A stretch of DNA of 34,182 bases, from positions 1 through 34,182 of the forward strand of contig WELA01001317.1 of the NCBI GenBank assembly GCA_009602735.1. Reading direction: 5' to 3'. Below are positions 1 to 11,100 of this stretch, one piece after another. The DNA is from Mesotaenium endlicherianum. Its lineage: Eukaryota. Position 1 is the first letter of the stretch, and each line of letters starts with the position of its first letter. Below the pieces are notes generated by a model, which was not told the DNA's origin, ran no database searches, and saw only the letters and a list, made by a program, of their open reading frames with translations. The translations under genes and the position numbers were made by a program.

Positions 1-17
1 GTCAACTGAAATGACAG

Positions 18-3000
18 TTATGGAGGGACTCCAGCGACCCGAAGGTGGAACCGTGTCAACGCCCCTTTGGCATTGGTTAAGTGGTCCTTAAACTCCCAAG
101 TCTCCCCAGAGGCATCGTAATCCTTCCATCGAATGAGGTATTTCATGACATATTTAGACGATCGACGGACCGAGCGAGCGTCTAAAATCTCATCGACCTC
201 ATATTCCTCAGGGTCGCCGTCCCGGACAGCGGGGACAGGTCCCGGTTGGACAGGGAACCGACCTGTGAACAGTGTATCACCTTTGATGTACGGTTCCAGG
301 AAGGAGACATTAAAGACCGGGTGCCCCTTGTATTCAGCTGACATGTTCAGTTTGTAAGCATTCTGACCGACACGACGGACCACCGAATAGGGACCGACCC
401 AGACAGGGCCAAGCTTTTTCTTGACCACACCAGGGAGGTACAGGTGCTGAGAATGCAGTTTGACTAAATCCCCCTTGGAAAATGTCAGTTCCCGACGGTG
501 TTGATTAGCGTATTTTTGTTGGTTTTCTTGGGCCGTGTGCAAGTTTCGTTGGACTTCTGACAGGGTGTCAGCAAACTCCTGAGTTAACTGGAGGGAGACC
601 GGGTTGTCAATCCCTTCAGGGTGAGTTAAAGATTCCCCTAGCACATCTAGAGGAGACTTAGGGACTCTACCCAGGCTGAGTTCAAAAGGAGTTTTGCCCG
701 TTGACGCGTGCACCGCACTGTTGACCGCAAACTGAATTTGAGGCAACAGGTCATCCCAATTATCTTGTTTTTGGTTAATATATGCTCTCAGCACCTCCTG
801 CAGAACTCGGTTAGTTCTTTCAGTCTGCCCATCAGTCTGAGGGTGGTTTGCTGTGCTGAGCAGCTGTTTGACTCCCATTAACCCCATTAAAGCTCTCCAG
901 AACTTAGAGGTGAATTTTGAGTCTCTGTCTGAGATGATATTAGAAGGGAGCCCATGTTGGCATACTACATGGTTGTAAAACTGTCTCGCTGTTTCGAGTG
1001 CAGTCACTTTGACAGTTGTGGGGATAAAAATGACCATTTTTGTCAGTTTATCCACGACTACCAGTATTGAATCATGCCCGTTGGCAGTTCTTGGTAGTGA
1101 GACCACCCAGTCCATGGATATAGTTTCCCAGCGTCCCGCTGGGATGGGTAGCGGTTGCAAGAGACCTCCGGGTGGTGTGTGCCGAGACTTATTTCTCTGA
1201 CACTGGTCACAGGACTTGACATATTTCAAGACCTCCCGGGGTAACCCCTCCCAATGATAATGTTTTGCCAGTTTGCCAACAGTTTTGGCCTGCCCCAAAT
1301 GTCCACCCAGGAGACTGTCATGAGCTTGACTCAGTAAGAGAGACCTTATTTCCAAATTATTAGGAATGACCAGCTTCAGCCTGCCTGAAGTGGTTTCAGT
1401 CACCCAGACCCCTCCCTTGAGCTTATACCCGAGTGCGGTAGCACGACACATACCAGTAGTGGGGCTGGGCTCAAATGTTGGGTCAGAAAGGTAGGCTTTC
1501 CTAAGTTGTTCAAGGAAGGACTTTTTCACCTTTAGTGAAGTGAGTGCACACAGGACTTTATCTACAGCATGCTGACTAAAGTTCCTTTCTTGCAAGTCAG
1601 GTCTTCTAGAGAGTGCATCAGCAGGATTCAACTTCCCTGGTTTGTAGTCGATCTGGACTTGGAACTGCTCCAGCATCTGGCTCCAGCGGTTCTCCCTCCT
1701 CGACAGCTTGGACTTCTTCTGAAAGTGGGTCAGAGCTAGATGATCTGTAATCACCTTAAAAGCTTTACCATGTAAGTATGCTCTCCACTGTTTGAGTACA
1801 TGAATGATAGCTAGCAGCTCTTTATCATGCACTGAGTAATTAATCTCCGCTGGATTAAATTTCATAGACTCATACAACACAGGATGCCACTCCTGCCGTA
1901 CCTTACCATCCTTTGTGGTTTTGTCAGCAGGCTGCAACAAAATAGCACCCATGGCAAAATCAGAGGCATCAGTAACCACCTGCACCGGTTTGCTGGGGTC
2001 ATACACGGCTAGCACTGGGGCAGAACAAAGGGCATCTTTAAGGGTCTGGAAGGCAGCCTGCTGCTCTTCCCCCCACACATACCCGATGTCTTTCTTAGTA
2101 AGGTCAGTCAGTTTACTGGCCTTTGTGGAATAATTCTCAATAAATCTCCTATAGTAGTTAGCCAACCCGAGGAAGGATCTAACTTCAGAGACAGACTGTG
2201 GTACTGGCCAGTCCCTTATGGTCTGGACTTTCTTAGGATCCACACTGATGCCCTCTTTACTGACAACGTGGCCTAAGAATTCAATACTTTCCTTAAAGAA
2301 ATCACACTTGCTCATTTTAGCATACAAGTGATTTTTCCGCAGAGTGTCCAGCACTTTCTTTAAGTGTTCAGTGTGCTGAGCTTCATCTTTAGAGAAAATT
2401 AAAATATCATCCAGGAAAACTTGCACAAACTTATCCAAATAAGGTCTGAAAATGTCATTCATAGCACCCATAAAGGTAGCAGGAGCATTAGTCAGTCCAA
2501 ATGGCATCACGTTGAACTCATAGTGTCCATAACGTGTGCGGAAAGCAGTCTTGTGTTCATCCCCCTCAGCAATTCTGATTTGATGATAACCACTCTTGAG
2601 ATCTATCTTACTGAACACCTTAGCGCCAGACAGGGTATCAAGCAAGTCCTCGATTCTGGGTAAAGCATACTTGTTCTTTACTGTAATTCTGTTCAGGGCT
2701 CTGTAATCCACACACATCCGCATACTGCCATCCTTTTTCTTAACAAATAGGATAGGTGCGCCGTACGGTGATTTACTGGGAGAAATGTAACCATTTTCCT
2801 CCAGCTCTGCAATCTGTGTTTTCAACTCCTCACTCTCCAAATAAGACAAGCCATACGTGCGTTGCCAGGGTGGCTGGCTACCAGGTAATAAATCAATCCT
2901 ATGATCTACTTCCCGCTTAGGGGGTAGTCCTGGAGGCATATTAAACACATCCGTGTACTGAGCAACAATGTTTGCAGCAGTAGGGTGTTCCGGAGGGTGT

Positions 3001-3820
3001 ACCTTTTTCTCAACCACTTCTTCAGGTTGAGGAGGTACCTCTCTTAGCAGCAGACAGAACATTCTGTCTTCCTTCTGGTTCCAGCTTTTGACGAACTCCA
3101 TTGCATTCAGCAACTTGCATCCTTCTGGAAGCCTCTTCTTTTCCTTCATTTGCCATCCACACAGGACAAGAGGAAGAGCACTGGTGGGTGCCAAGTCAGT
3201 CTGCCCATCACTGGCTCCTCTCACTTTAACTGTACCTCTGCTCCAACACACTTCAGCTTGATGTCTATTAAGCCAGGACCTGCCTAGCACGAGATCATAA
3301 AAGCCAGTGTTGAGTACCTCAAATGTAAGCGTTTCAGTTAGAACTGCAATGCCAGAACCTAACTGGACCTCAATAGGCTTGGTTATAACTCCTCCCGGGA
3401 TACTTGAGGCATCTCCAAGGAATATTTTTCTATTCCCTTGGGTGACAGTAGGCAGCCTTAGCCGCTTAACTAAGTCCTTGTGGATAAAAGTATGTGACGC
3501 CCCTCCGTCAACAAATGCCCTCACCTTCCTACCTGCAATCATGCAATGCAGTAGGATAGGGGGGACTGTCTTTTCCTGACTTTCGCATTGTTCTCCTGAC
3601 GTAGCAAAGAAATGTTGGACATCAGGTGGAACAAGAGCATCCAGAGTGTGCACTCTCTGGACGTCTATATTGCTGATGGTCTCCTTTATCTGGTTGTCAG
3701 GCATGCATAGTGAATCCAGTTCAGCAGGACCCATAATACCTGCTACGAGGGCAGCTAGTGACGACTCACTATCTCTAGCATCCTCACAGTCAGTAGACTG
3801 GATTACTGACTGTTGCTGTC
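18..3820 (-). CDS. pol: Ty3/gypsy chromovirus Pol polyprotein (protease-RT-RNase H-integrase-chromodomain), in the -1 frame relative to gag
   Basis: Uninterrupted 1238-aa ORF (18-3734); the frame stays open up to a TAA at ~3849-3851. Motifs: protease [46 protein letters not shown]; RNase [29 protein letters not shown]; integrase HHCC (HDSLLGGH...CDQC) and D,D35E (MDWV, SDRD, QTERTN); GPY/F module (WVGPY); C-terminal chromodomain YEVDEIL...YLIRWKDY...TWE. Domain order PR-RT-RH-IN is gypsy-type. Confidence 0.97.
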
Positions 3821-3827
3821 TTTTAAA
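3714..3827 (-). promoter_or_regulatory. -1 programmed ribosomal frameshift cassette (slippery heptamer plus stimulatory RNA structure)
   Basis: Minus-strand gag codons CCT TTA AAA give the heptamer T TTA AAA (3827-3821). A 7-nt spacer follows, then the perfect 10-bp stem ACAGTCAGTA/TACTGACTGT (3813-3804 with 3795-3786). A -1 shift reads [31 protein letters not shown] into MGPAEL of pol. Confidence 0.85.
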
Positions 3828-4573
3828 GGCTGGTCTTTTCTCTCGACCTTAGGCAGGTGCTTGACCGGACACTGTTCTCTGTAGTGGCCTTTCTGCTGAC
3901 AATGGTAGCAAGTAGATTTTGCTGAGGCTGGTCTCGGCTTAGTCCTACCACCACCCCTTCCATAGCCACCTCGAGAGGGACCACCTCTACCTCTAGACTG
4001 AATAGCATTGTACTCATACTCATATTCATCACCCTGATTATCCTCAGCCTGGTCTCCTTCAACTGCATTGTAGGAACCGTGGGGCTTTTTGACAATCTTA
4101 GACACCAAAGCGTTACTCTGGCGCTTGTGATTGAACTGCTGCTGATCCCAGGCGTCAGCATCCTGGATCAAGTCAGCCAGTTTCTCATACTTTTTCTCAG
4201 CAAAATGACCAGAGACCTCGGATTTCAAGCCATACCTGAAGTATGCTATCCTATACCGTTCTGGCAAATCAGGCTGCTTCATCATGTTCTCTTGGAACTT
4301 TTGAGCAAACTCAGCAACTGAAGTGGTCTGCTTCAGTGTCAGGGAGATCATCGCATAGATAGCTTTCTCCTGCTGGTTGATGACACTCTGAGGTGGGAGT
4401 CTAGCAAATGCAGCAATAGCAGTGGCATCCACTCGCTGAGTAGTGTCCTCAACAGTCCCTCTCGCTCCTGCAGCAGCAATTCCTGCCGCATTCAGCCGGT
4501 CACGAATTTGACCTAGGGGCACATTGAGTTGTACAGCAAGAGGTGAGTTCAGAACATTGGCCCTTGATGCCAT
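3803..4573 (-). CDS. gag: Retrotransposon Gag (capsid-like region, RGG-rich stretch, CCHC zinc knuckle)
   Basis: 256-aa ORF with [14 protein letters not shown]...YFRYGLK (Retrotrans_gag-like), [18 protein letters not shown] and [14 protein letters not shown] (CX2CX4HX4C). The frame is open without ATG for 54 more codons upstream, to 4735. Confidence 0.92.
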   Translation of the reverse strand: MASRANVLNSPLAVQLNVPLGQIRDRLNAAGIAAAGARGTVEDTTQRVDATAIAAFARLPPQSVINQQEKAIYAMISLTLKQTTSVAEFAQKFQENMMKQPDLPERYRIAYFRYGLKSEVSGHFAEKKYEKLADLIQDADAWDQQQFNHKRQSNALVSKIVKKPHGSYNAVEGDQAEDNQGDEYEYEYNAIQSRGRGGPSRGGYGRGGGRTKPRPASAKSTCYHCQQKGHYREQCPVKHLPKVERKDQPLKDSNSQ

Positions 4574-5827
4574 ATGTTCTTCAACAGTGCGCTCGTCCGC
4601 TGGCTGTCCATCCCTCCTTTTTGTATCTTCCGCAGCCTTTGCTAATCGTTCAACTTCTAATCTGGCTCTCTCCTCCTCAGCCTGCTGTGCTGCAATTACG
4701 GCAATAGCAGCTGCCTCATCTGCCCAAATTGGTTGCTAAGAATCGGTCGCTGTATGGATTTTCACCACCTGTGGAGTTTTGCAGAGACTCGTCTTCCGAC
4801 GTTTGCTCTCTCCACGGTTTGACAGGTACTTCCAAGGTCTCACTTCTTCATGGACTTCGCAGGAATTAGAACCTTCCACAAGCTGCACACGATGGTATAC
4901 TCAATCACTCCTCAATAACAAAAACTGAATTTCGCCATCTCCCTTCTCAAGTTGAATTCTGGCAGCTCGTACAGGTCTCAACTTCCAACTCATTTGGAAA
5001 TTCTTGGTCATCTGAAACCAATTTAACTGAAACATCAGAAGTAGGACGGACGTGTCTTCCTTACAAATAGACATTTGTCCAAGTTGAGTGGTATTCATTT
5101 CATCAAATTCTTGTTTGCAGAAATCACATCTGAGCAGATCAACAAGCAACACCAAGTTTCAGAGAAATTTGCTCACCACGGCTTTTGCATAATTTTTACA
5201 AAGTTCCAGCTTACAAAACTATGAATCCTACGACAATTATGCCAGTCTGGCTGAGCCTTTCAAACTCCGCCACGCCAGTTAGTTCTTCTGTGCAGGCTAG
5301 ATCCGCTTAGTTCTTGGTACTAATTCTGGTTGTGCTTTAAGCAATGCAATAATAGAGATTTTTGAAAACTTAAAAATGAACACATAACTCACCATTTTAT
5401 GTGCTCTTCAAACGCTTGTGGTGTTTGATTAAATCTTGCACTAGATAGTAGAATCTCCCAGCAGATCCTAATTGCAAGCTCTCTTCTTCAATTATAAATT
5501 CTGTTTTGGAAATTCCTTCATTCTAACTCTTCTATGATACAAAGCTTGTGAGGAGGACAAAGATCTTTAAGACTAGATGGCCCGGTACACTCTATAGGGT
5601 GCATATGACATATTTGGGTGCGTTTAATGGCCCTGCTGGTTTTGGCTACCATTTTTCACGAAAGATGCTTCTTTAGACTATAAGTTGGAGAGAAAAGCTT
5701 CCAGATTTTCAAGTTGGGCTTTTCTCGGTTTGCTCGCTGTTATAAGGGGAATCTTGGATAGATTCTTTTTCTCCGCTTAGTAATATGTTTAAATTCAACT
5801 GATAGTCTTCCTTGATCTGAGGTCAAG

Positions 5828-6320
5828 TGTATAAGAGTTTCCTGCAAGAGGCTCGGTCATCCGACGACCGGCAATCTCCCGCAGAGCGGATTACCACGCC
5901 AATCGTGTGTTGGTGTTGACTCTGCCTCGCTGTACTTCAGCCGACTCTGCGACGGATCGCAGGGACGGCCGGATCGCATGCTCAAAAAGATGGTTGTGCG
6001 AGGGGTTATGGTGACGCTCAGGCAAAGACACTGCTTAATCCCTCGGTCCGCGTGTTCGTCGATGTGGCCTTTAAGGCCATGTGCCTCGTCGCCGCAGCTC
6101 CATCGTGGCAGCCGTGCCAGTGGGCAGGCTGAGGTGGCCTGCCCCCCCTCAACGTCACCTGACTTGGCTTCTGTTGAGGTGGCCGTTACGTCAGCTTTGC
6201 CTGACTTGGCAGCTGCTGGCGTGGACTCTTTGCACGTCAAGTGGGGTCAACCTTGCAGCTGACGTGTCTTTCAATTCTCCACTCATTGCTGGGCATCAGG
6301 TTTGACCAGTCACAGTCACA
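5828..6320 (-). repeat. Candidate 5' LTR of the chromovirus (boundaries uncertain)
   Basis: GC-rich block upstream of the gag leader, starting TGTGAC on the minus strand at 6320. It holds four TGACGT hexamers and a degenerate ~45-bp duplication (U3-like), then a TATA-like CCTTAAAGG (~6068-6076). Possible CA ends at 5906 or 5828. No second LTR is in the window to confirm it. Confidence 0.4.
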
Positions 6321-6938
6321 CCTCATGTGCGGCTCACAAAAGTATTTCAACACTGAACTTCATATGTAAGCAACCTGGTAGATGAATCAATGGTGACATT
6401 CCGTACCTGAGGTGGGCCGTGACTTTCACCACGCGTGCGCCGCCCAACTGCTAGCAGTCGCGACAGTCGTTCCATTTCACTTTGTATATATATCTTTGTT
6501 TTACTTTTTTTTTCTTGCTTTTCTGAAGTGAAGCCTTGTGCAGCCTCCTGACTCCTAAGTGCCGCCTCCTGGAGGAATTGGGAGCTTGCCTCGTCAGCTT
6601 GGCTTCCCATTAGGCCTGGTGGTGCGGCGTGCCTTGGTGGCCCTCATATGACACGAAAAGTCGCCGACGTCCTTGAGTGTCATTGACCAATCGCTGACAT
6701 ACCTACACGCTTCTAATGACTTGCTTCAAGCAGTAAGTACCACGTGGCAGAAGCACATTGTGTATGATGCACCGCCAATTTTTTTTTGTCCCAGCTCTGA
6801 GGCGCGAAGTGGGGCTAAGCTCAGGAGGGGCTTGGCGATTCACGGCGGAAGCCCCACGGCACAGTATAAAAGTAACAGAAGGGAAAAAGGTGCGTTACCG
6901 TTTGTTCCAGCTTCCATTTGTGATTGACGATTCTCAAC

Positions 6939-7250
6939 CAGGCCCCAGGATTCGACAAAAGTCGCGGATTTCGGAAAATGTCGGGAAACATCCTCTGGCC
7001 TGCTCTGGGCGACGGTCAGGGTTTCGAGAACATCCGACAACATTTGGTAGGATTCCTTTAATGGCGTAATATCATCCCACGACAATTTTGAAGGAAAATA
7101 GGAAATTTTGGGATTTTATGCGACATCCGCTCCCAATATATGACCAGGATTTCTTTCGACATAATCTAAGATTTTTCATGATTTAAAAACATCCAAAAAA
7201 AGAAATAATATAATAACATAATATTTATCTCGAATCCTGGGGCCTGTCTG
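6939..7250. mobile_element. Non-autonomous TIR DNA transposon (MITE), hAT-like
   Basis: Perfect 17-bp terminal inverted repeats CAGGCCCCAGGATTCGA (6939-6955) and TCGAATCCTGGGGCCTG (7230-7246). An 8-bp direct repeat TTCTCAAC lies at 6931-6938 and 7251-7258. Internal CGACA/TGTCG motifs are reiterated, and there is no credible coding capacity. Confidence 0.85.
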
Positions 7251-8104
7251 TTCTCAACCTATCGACGACGAACGTGCGTACCACGACACTTGCCTCTACT
7301 GACCACTGCGAGTCTGTTTGAACTTTTGGTACAGCAGGCCCCGTACTAAAATATTGTGGCGAATATGTCGGTTTTATTGGCTAAAAGCTTGTTGGAAGTT
7401 GAACACTACTGATGTTTACTGCACTTTCGCTGTCGTTCCCAGTCGTTCCAGCTCAATAACATGATTATAGCACGAGACTATCTTCGCCGCGAGCAGGTTG
7501 GGCCGATTAAACTCAGCACTTTTCCCTGCACTTTAAGGTTGTTCGATCATGCAAAATTCGGTGTATTTTCATGACTGGAAACTGGCTCCCTCGTGCCGAA
7601 TTGTCCTGGCCTTTATTGGCACGTTTGGACTGCGCATAAACGATAGCGTATCCACCATCATCCACCATCGACCTTTCAATGGAGAACGATCGCCTTAGGA
7701 GCGACGAACAAATATAAGTGGGGGTTTCAGCCAACACCTCCCACTTAATTCGACAGATCATATTGAGTATCGTGAGCATCTGATGGGTTGTATGTGTGAT
7801 CATAACACCGGGTAGTGTTAGCCGTTAAACTCTCGAGTAACTATTGAAATGTGCAGATTGCATTGACGCCTGCCCTGTGATCTTGGCCACTTTCGAACTA
7901 TTCGGTTAGTTGGATCGATAGGACGTACTGGAGTCCACAGAAGGTCTATCTTAGTGTGTTCCCTTGACGTCTGGAAGACAAATGTGACGGTACTTAAGGC
8001 TGATGCCTGAAGTAGCACATCTTCGCGGGGGGACTTCTCTAGGAAGTGTAAAGGCTTCCTTTGCCGTATAGGACGACAATATAGTGAAGCGCTTCACTAT
8101 AGAA

Positions 8105-11100
8105 ATGCCACCTTGTCAATGTGACCCAGATGCCATAGAATGGATAAGGGATTATTTTAGTGATTGTGTTTATACCAACTTGGATGTAGTTGGCTTCATT
8201 GTAGGTCTCAGCTCTGTTGTCTTTTGGCTGGTTGCTCAGCTTCCCCAGTTTGTCAGCAACATTCGACGGCAAAGTGCGGATGGATTATCCCCTTGGTTCC
8301 TCTTCCAATGGCTGTCGGTATGTAGAAATGTGTTGACCTTATGTGTAGGGTACACTAACGTTGAGATCAACATAATGCTGATGACAAGTAGGATACCCGA
8401 GCTTATCAAGAGCAGACTCCAGAAGAATCACTAGTTAGCCAAATCTAAGTTTCTTTGTTTCATAACAGCCTGTCTGATCCAATATCTGAGATTCAAACCT
8501 TTCACCTTTCACTCATATTTGATATGGCAGGGAGATACACTGAATCTGCTTGGGTGCATTCTCACCGGTGACCAGCTCCCAACTGAGACATACACCGCTA
8601 CCTATTTCATATTTGCCGACTGCTGCATCATCTCTCAGGTACACTTATATGTATGATCTTTTGTAATGACAACTTCGTGTTATGTGAGGTCTGTCCCGGT
8701 AAGGTAAGCAGGATAGCTATATGAAAATAGTACCATGAGTTGTAGCAACAATGCTTGTTAGTTTGAGCATTCGTACACTAGCAGATGTCATGTGCTCAAT
8801 TGCCGCCCAGCTCTTCCGATTTTCAATGGCTTGCATATACATGGCATACTTTTTATCTTGAGCATATTGCAGAAGCATTTTCAAGATGATCTGCTGATCA
8901 ATGTGAAGACCTTGATGGCGTTGGAGTGCATGAGTGGCTAGCTTGTTCGGTGGCAGGTAGTTGTTTGGCATAAACTCAGACCATGTTTTTTACTGTGTTG
9001 CAGTATGTCTATTATCAAATTCTCACCCGAGATAAGATTGAGCTGGAGAGTGATGTCTGTGAGTCCGCCGATAATTCATTGCACAAACCTGCTGAGGGTT
9101 ATTACATAACTTTGGGACAAGGTGAAGAGAAGACGACTGCAAAGAACAAGCTTCTTCAAGATTCTAGAAGTGCTGCAGGTCAGACGTCCGTGCTTCCCCA
9201 GATTTTTGTTGCAAATTGTAATCTTGAGCTGACCTGGATTGCACCTATTTTGGAGGTCATAAGCGACATCTGCGTGGCCTTTTTTGTGAAGTAACCAGCA
9301 TAAATTACTAGAAGCTGCACTACTCATTCATCTGATTTGACATGGACTCTTGCAGAGGCGCAAACTCACTCTGCCATATGTCATAGGCTTGCCCAGCAGC
9401 CTACTTCAAACCGTTGGGGCTCAAGTTTCCTCTTAGCTTGCTTGTTCTTTAAAAACAGCATATGGAGTCTTTACATTGCATTTCAGCAGATATGGGGCCT
9501 CTAAAGATTTGACTTCAGCTCCTGATGAACCTCAAATACTTAAGATAGGGGCAAAGTGGATTATTGTTTTCTATGCAAGTGCTGACTGAGCACATACGCG
9601 CCTACTTGACCTGCAGATGGCAAATCTGCGCTCCTGACCAAGGGAGAGCAGCACAAGGAAAGGCACCATCCTCATCATCATCATGCCCATCATCACAATT
9701 ACAAGCCAGTGACATTCGTGACTGGAAGGTCGGGTGCTGTAATGATTGCGCATGCCTGGCAGGGGCCTCATAAGCCTCAAAGCCCCGGAATTAAAGATGC
9801 TCAAAAAACTGACAGTAAAGGAAAGGCTGTAGTACAAGCTCCTGCGCGGGTTAGAAGTAAGAGTCAGGAGCGTAGGCGAGTGAGCGCGAATGATCAGGCC
9901 TCAAGTTCCGCCCAAGGTGAAACTGACAATGGTGGACCATCCATTCGAGACAGGCTTCTGCTGAAGACTGTTTCAGGTGATCAGATTTTGCCATCGGCTA
10001 GGGGTTTGGCAGATTCTCCCAGTCCTAGACCTATTAATGCAGGCATGGCTTCAGGATTGCGTGCAGGCCATGAACAACGTAGGAAAGAGGAGGAGGAGTC
10101 GAGAAAAAGAGCGAAGAGAAACATGCGCAGAGTCGTAGAAAAATACGGCCTTGAGTATGGCCCCCCTCTGCACTCGCGCCTCACCATACACCATGGTAGG
10201 GAGCCTGACTTGAAACTCAACCCTGTCAGTGTGCCTTCTGCTCCTGTTCAGTTGGACGGTGCCTTGTCTGATGTAGATAGAGGTGGGGGCACAACCAACC
10301 GTGGCGAGTATGCAGCAGACAAGAGGTTGCACGGGGGTTCTAGATTTGGGAGGGCAGGAGTTGAACCTGGGCAATCATGTGTTTCACAACAAGCTTCCTT
10401 TCAGGCAGAGAAAGGGACTGAACAGGTCAAGATTTGTGAACAAGATCTGGTAGGCAAAACACAAATATCGAGGGCAGGTACTCTGCTAGGGACAGCTGAC
10501 AGGGGCTCTCCTAAAGACAGCTCCAGTCAGAAAGTGACAGTAGGTGGGGGCAGTCTAAAATCTCTTGCCTGTGTTGCAGGATTGTTTCTTTGCACCACCT
10601 TACTCCAGTCAATGACTGGCAATCCTTATACTGCTAGTCGAGATCTTACTAGCCCCTCATTCTCCCACTATTTGGGCAGTGCTGTAGTCATATCAGGTGT
10701 AGATAGTGTAGGACTAGGAAGGAGAGGGCTCAAGTCTTTTCCAGAAAATCAGAAGCAGGAGCTGCAGATGGGCAGCATGGGTCAGGGCATCTCAGGTCAT
10801 GCTGGCTGGCTGAGGCTGACAACCGACGACAATGAGACCACGGCGAGGTTGGATGGCAAACCGCATATGGCCATGTGTGGCACAAGCAACAGCGTGTGGT
10901 GGATCAAGCACACTGGTCTTGTTCTTGGGTACTAAGTCAAACTCCCTATTATTGTCCCTTTTTCATTTTATGCGCAAAGGTGGAAGTTTTGCCACTATTT
11001 GTTTGTGAAAACTTTGAGGGTATTTGAATATTCTGGCACCAAGCTTGAAACTGTACTGTGTGCTTGGTAACAAAAGGCGGCATTTGTCTTTGAGGAAGCA

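Larger units (their letters stand above)
1..6320 (-). mobile_element. Ty3/gypsy LTR retrotransposon, chromovirus branch; 3' end (PPT, 3' LTR) lies left of the window
   Basis: gag plus pol with chromodomain. The right boundary is inferred from the candidate LTR and is uncertain. Confidence 0.85.

Noticed and set aside
2405..2420. RT catalytic motif FLDD rather than YxDD
   Set aside because: FxDD is common in plant chromovirus RTs, so it is not a sign of inactivation or novelty.
5857..6305. ORFs of 127, 94 and 74 aa upstream of gag
   Set aside because: No recognisable motifs, and they lie in a GC-rich, probably LTR, block.
6347..6610. 87-aa minus-strand ORF ending LLTYEVQC, faintly chromodomain-like
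   Set aside because: The similarity is too short to support, and no other domain evidence is present.
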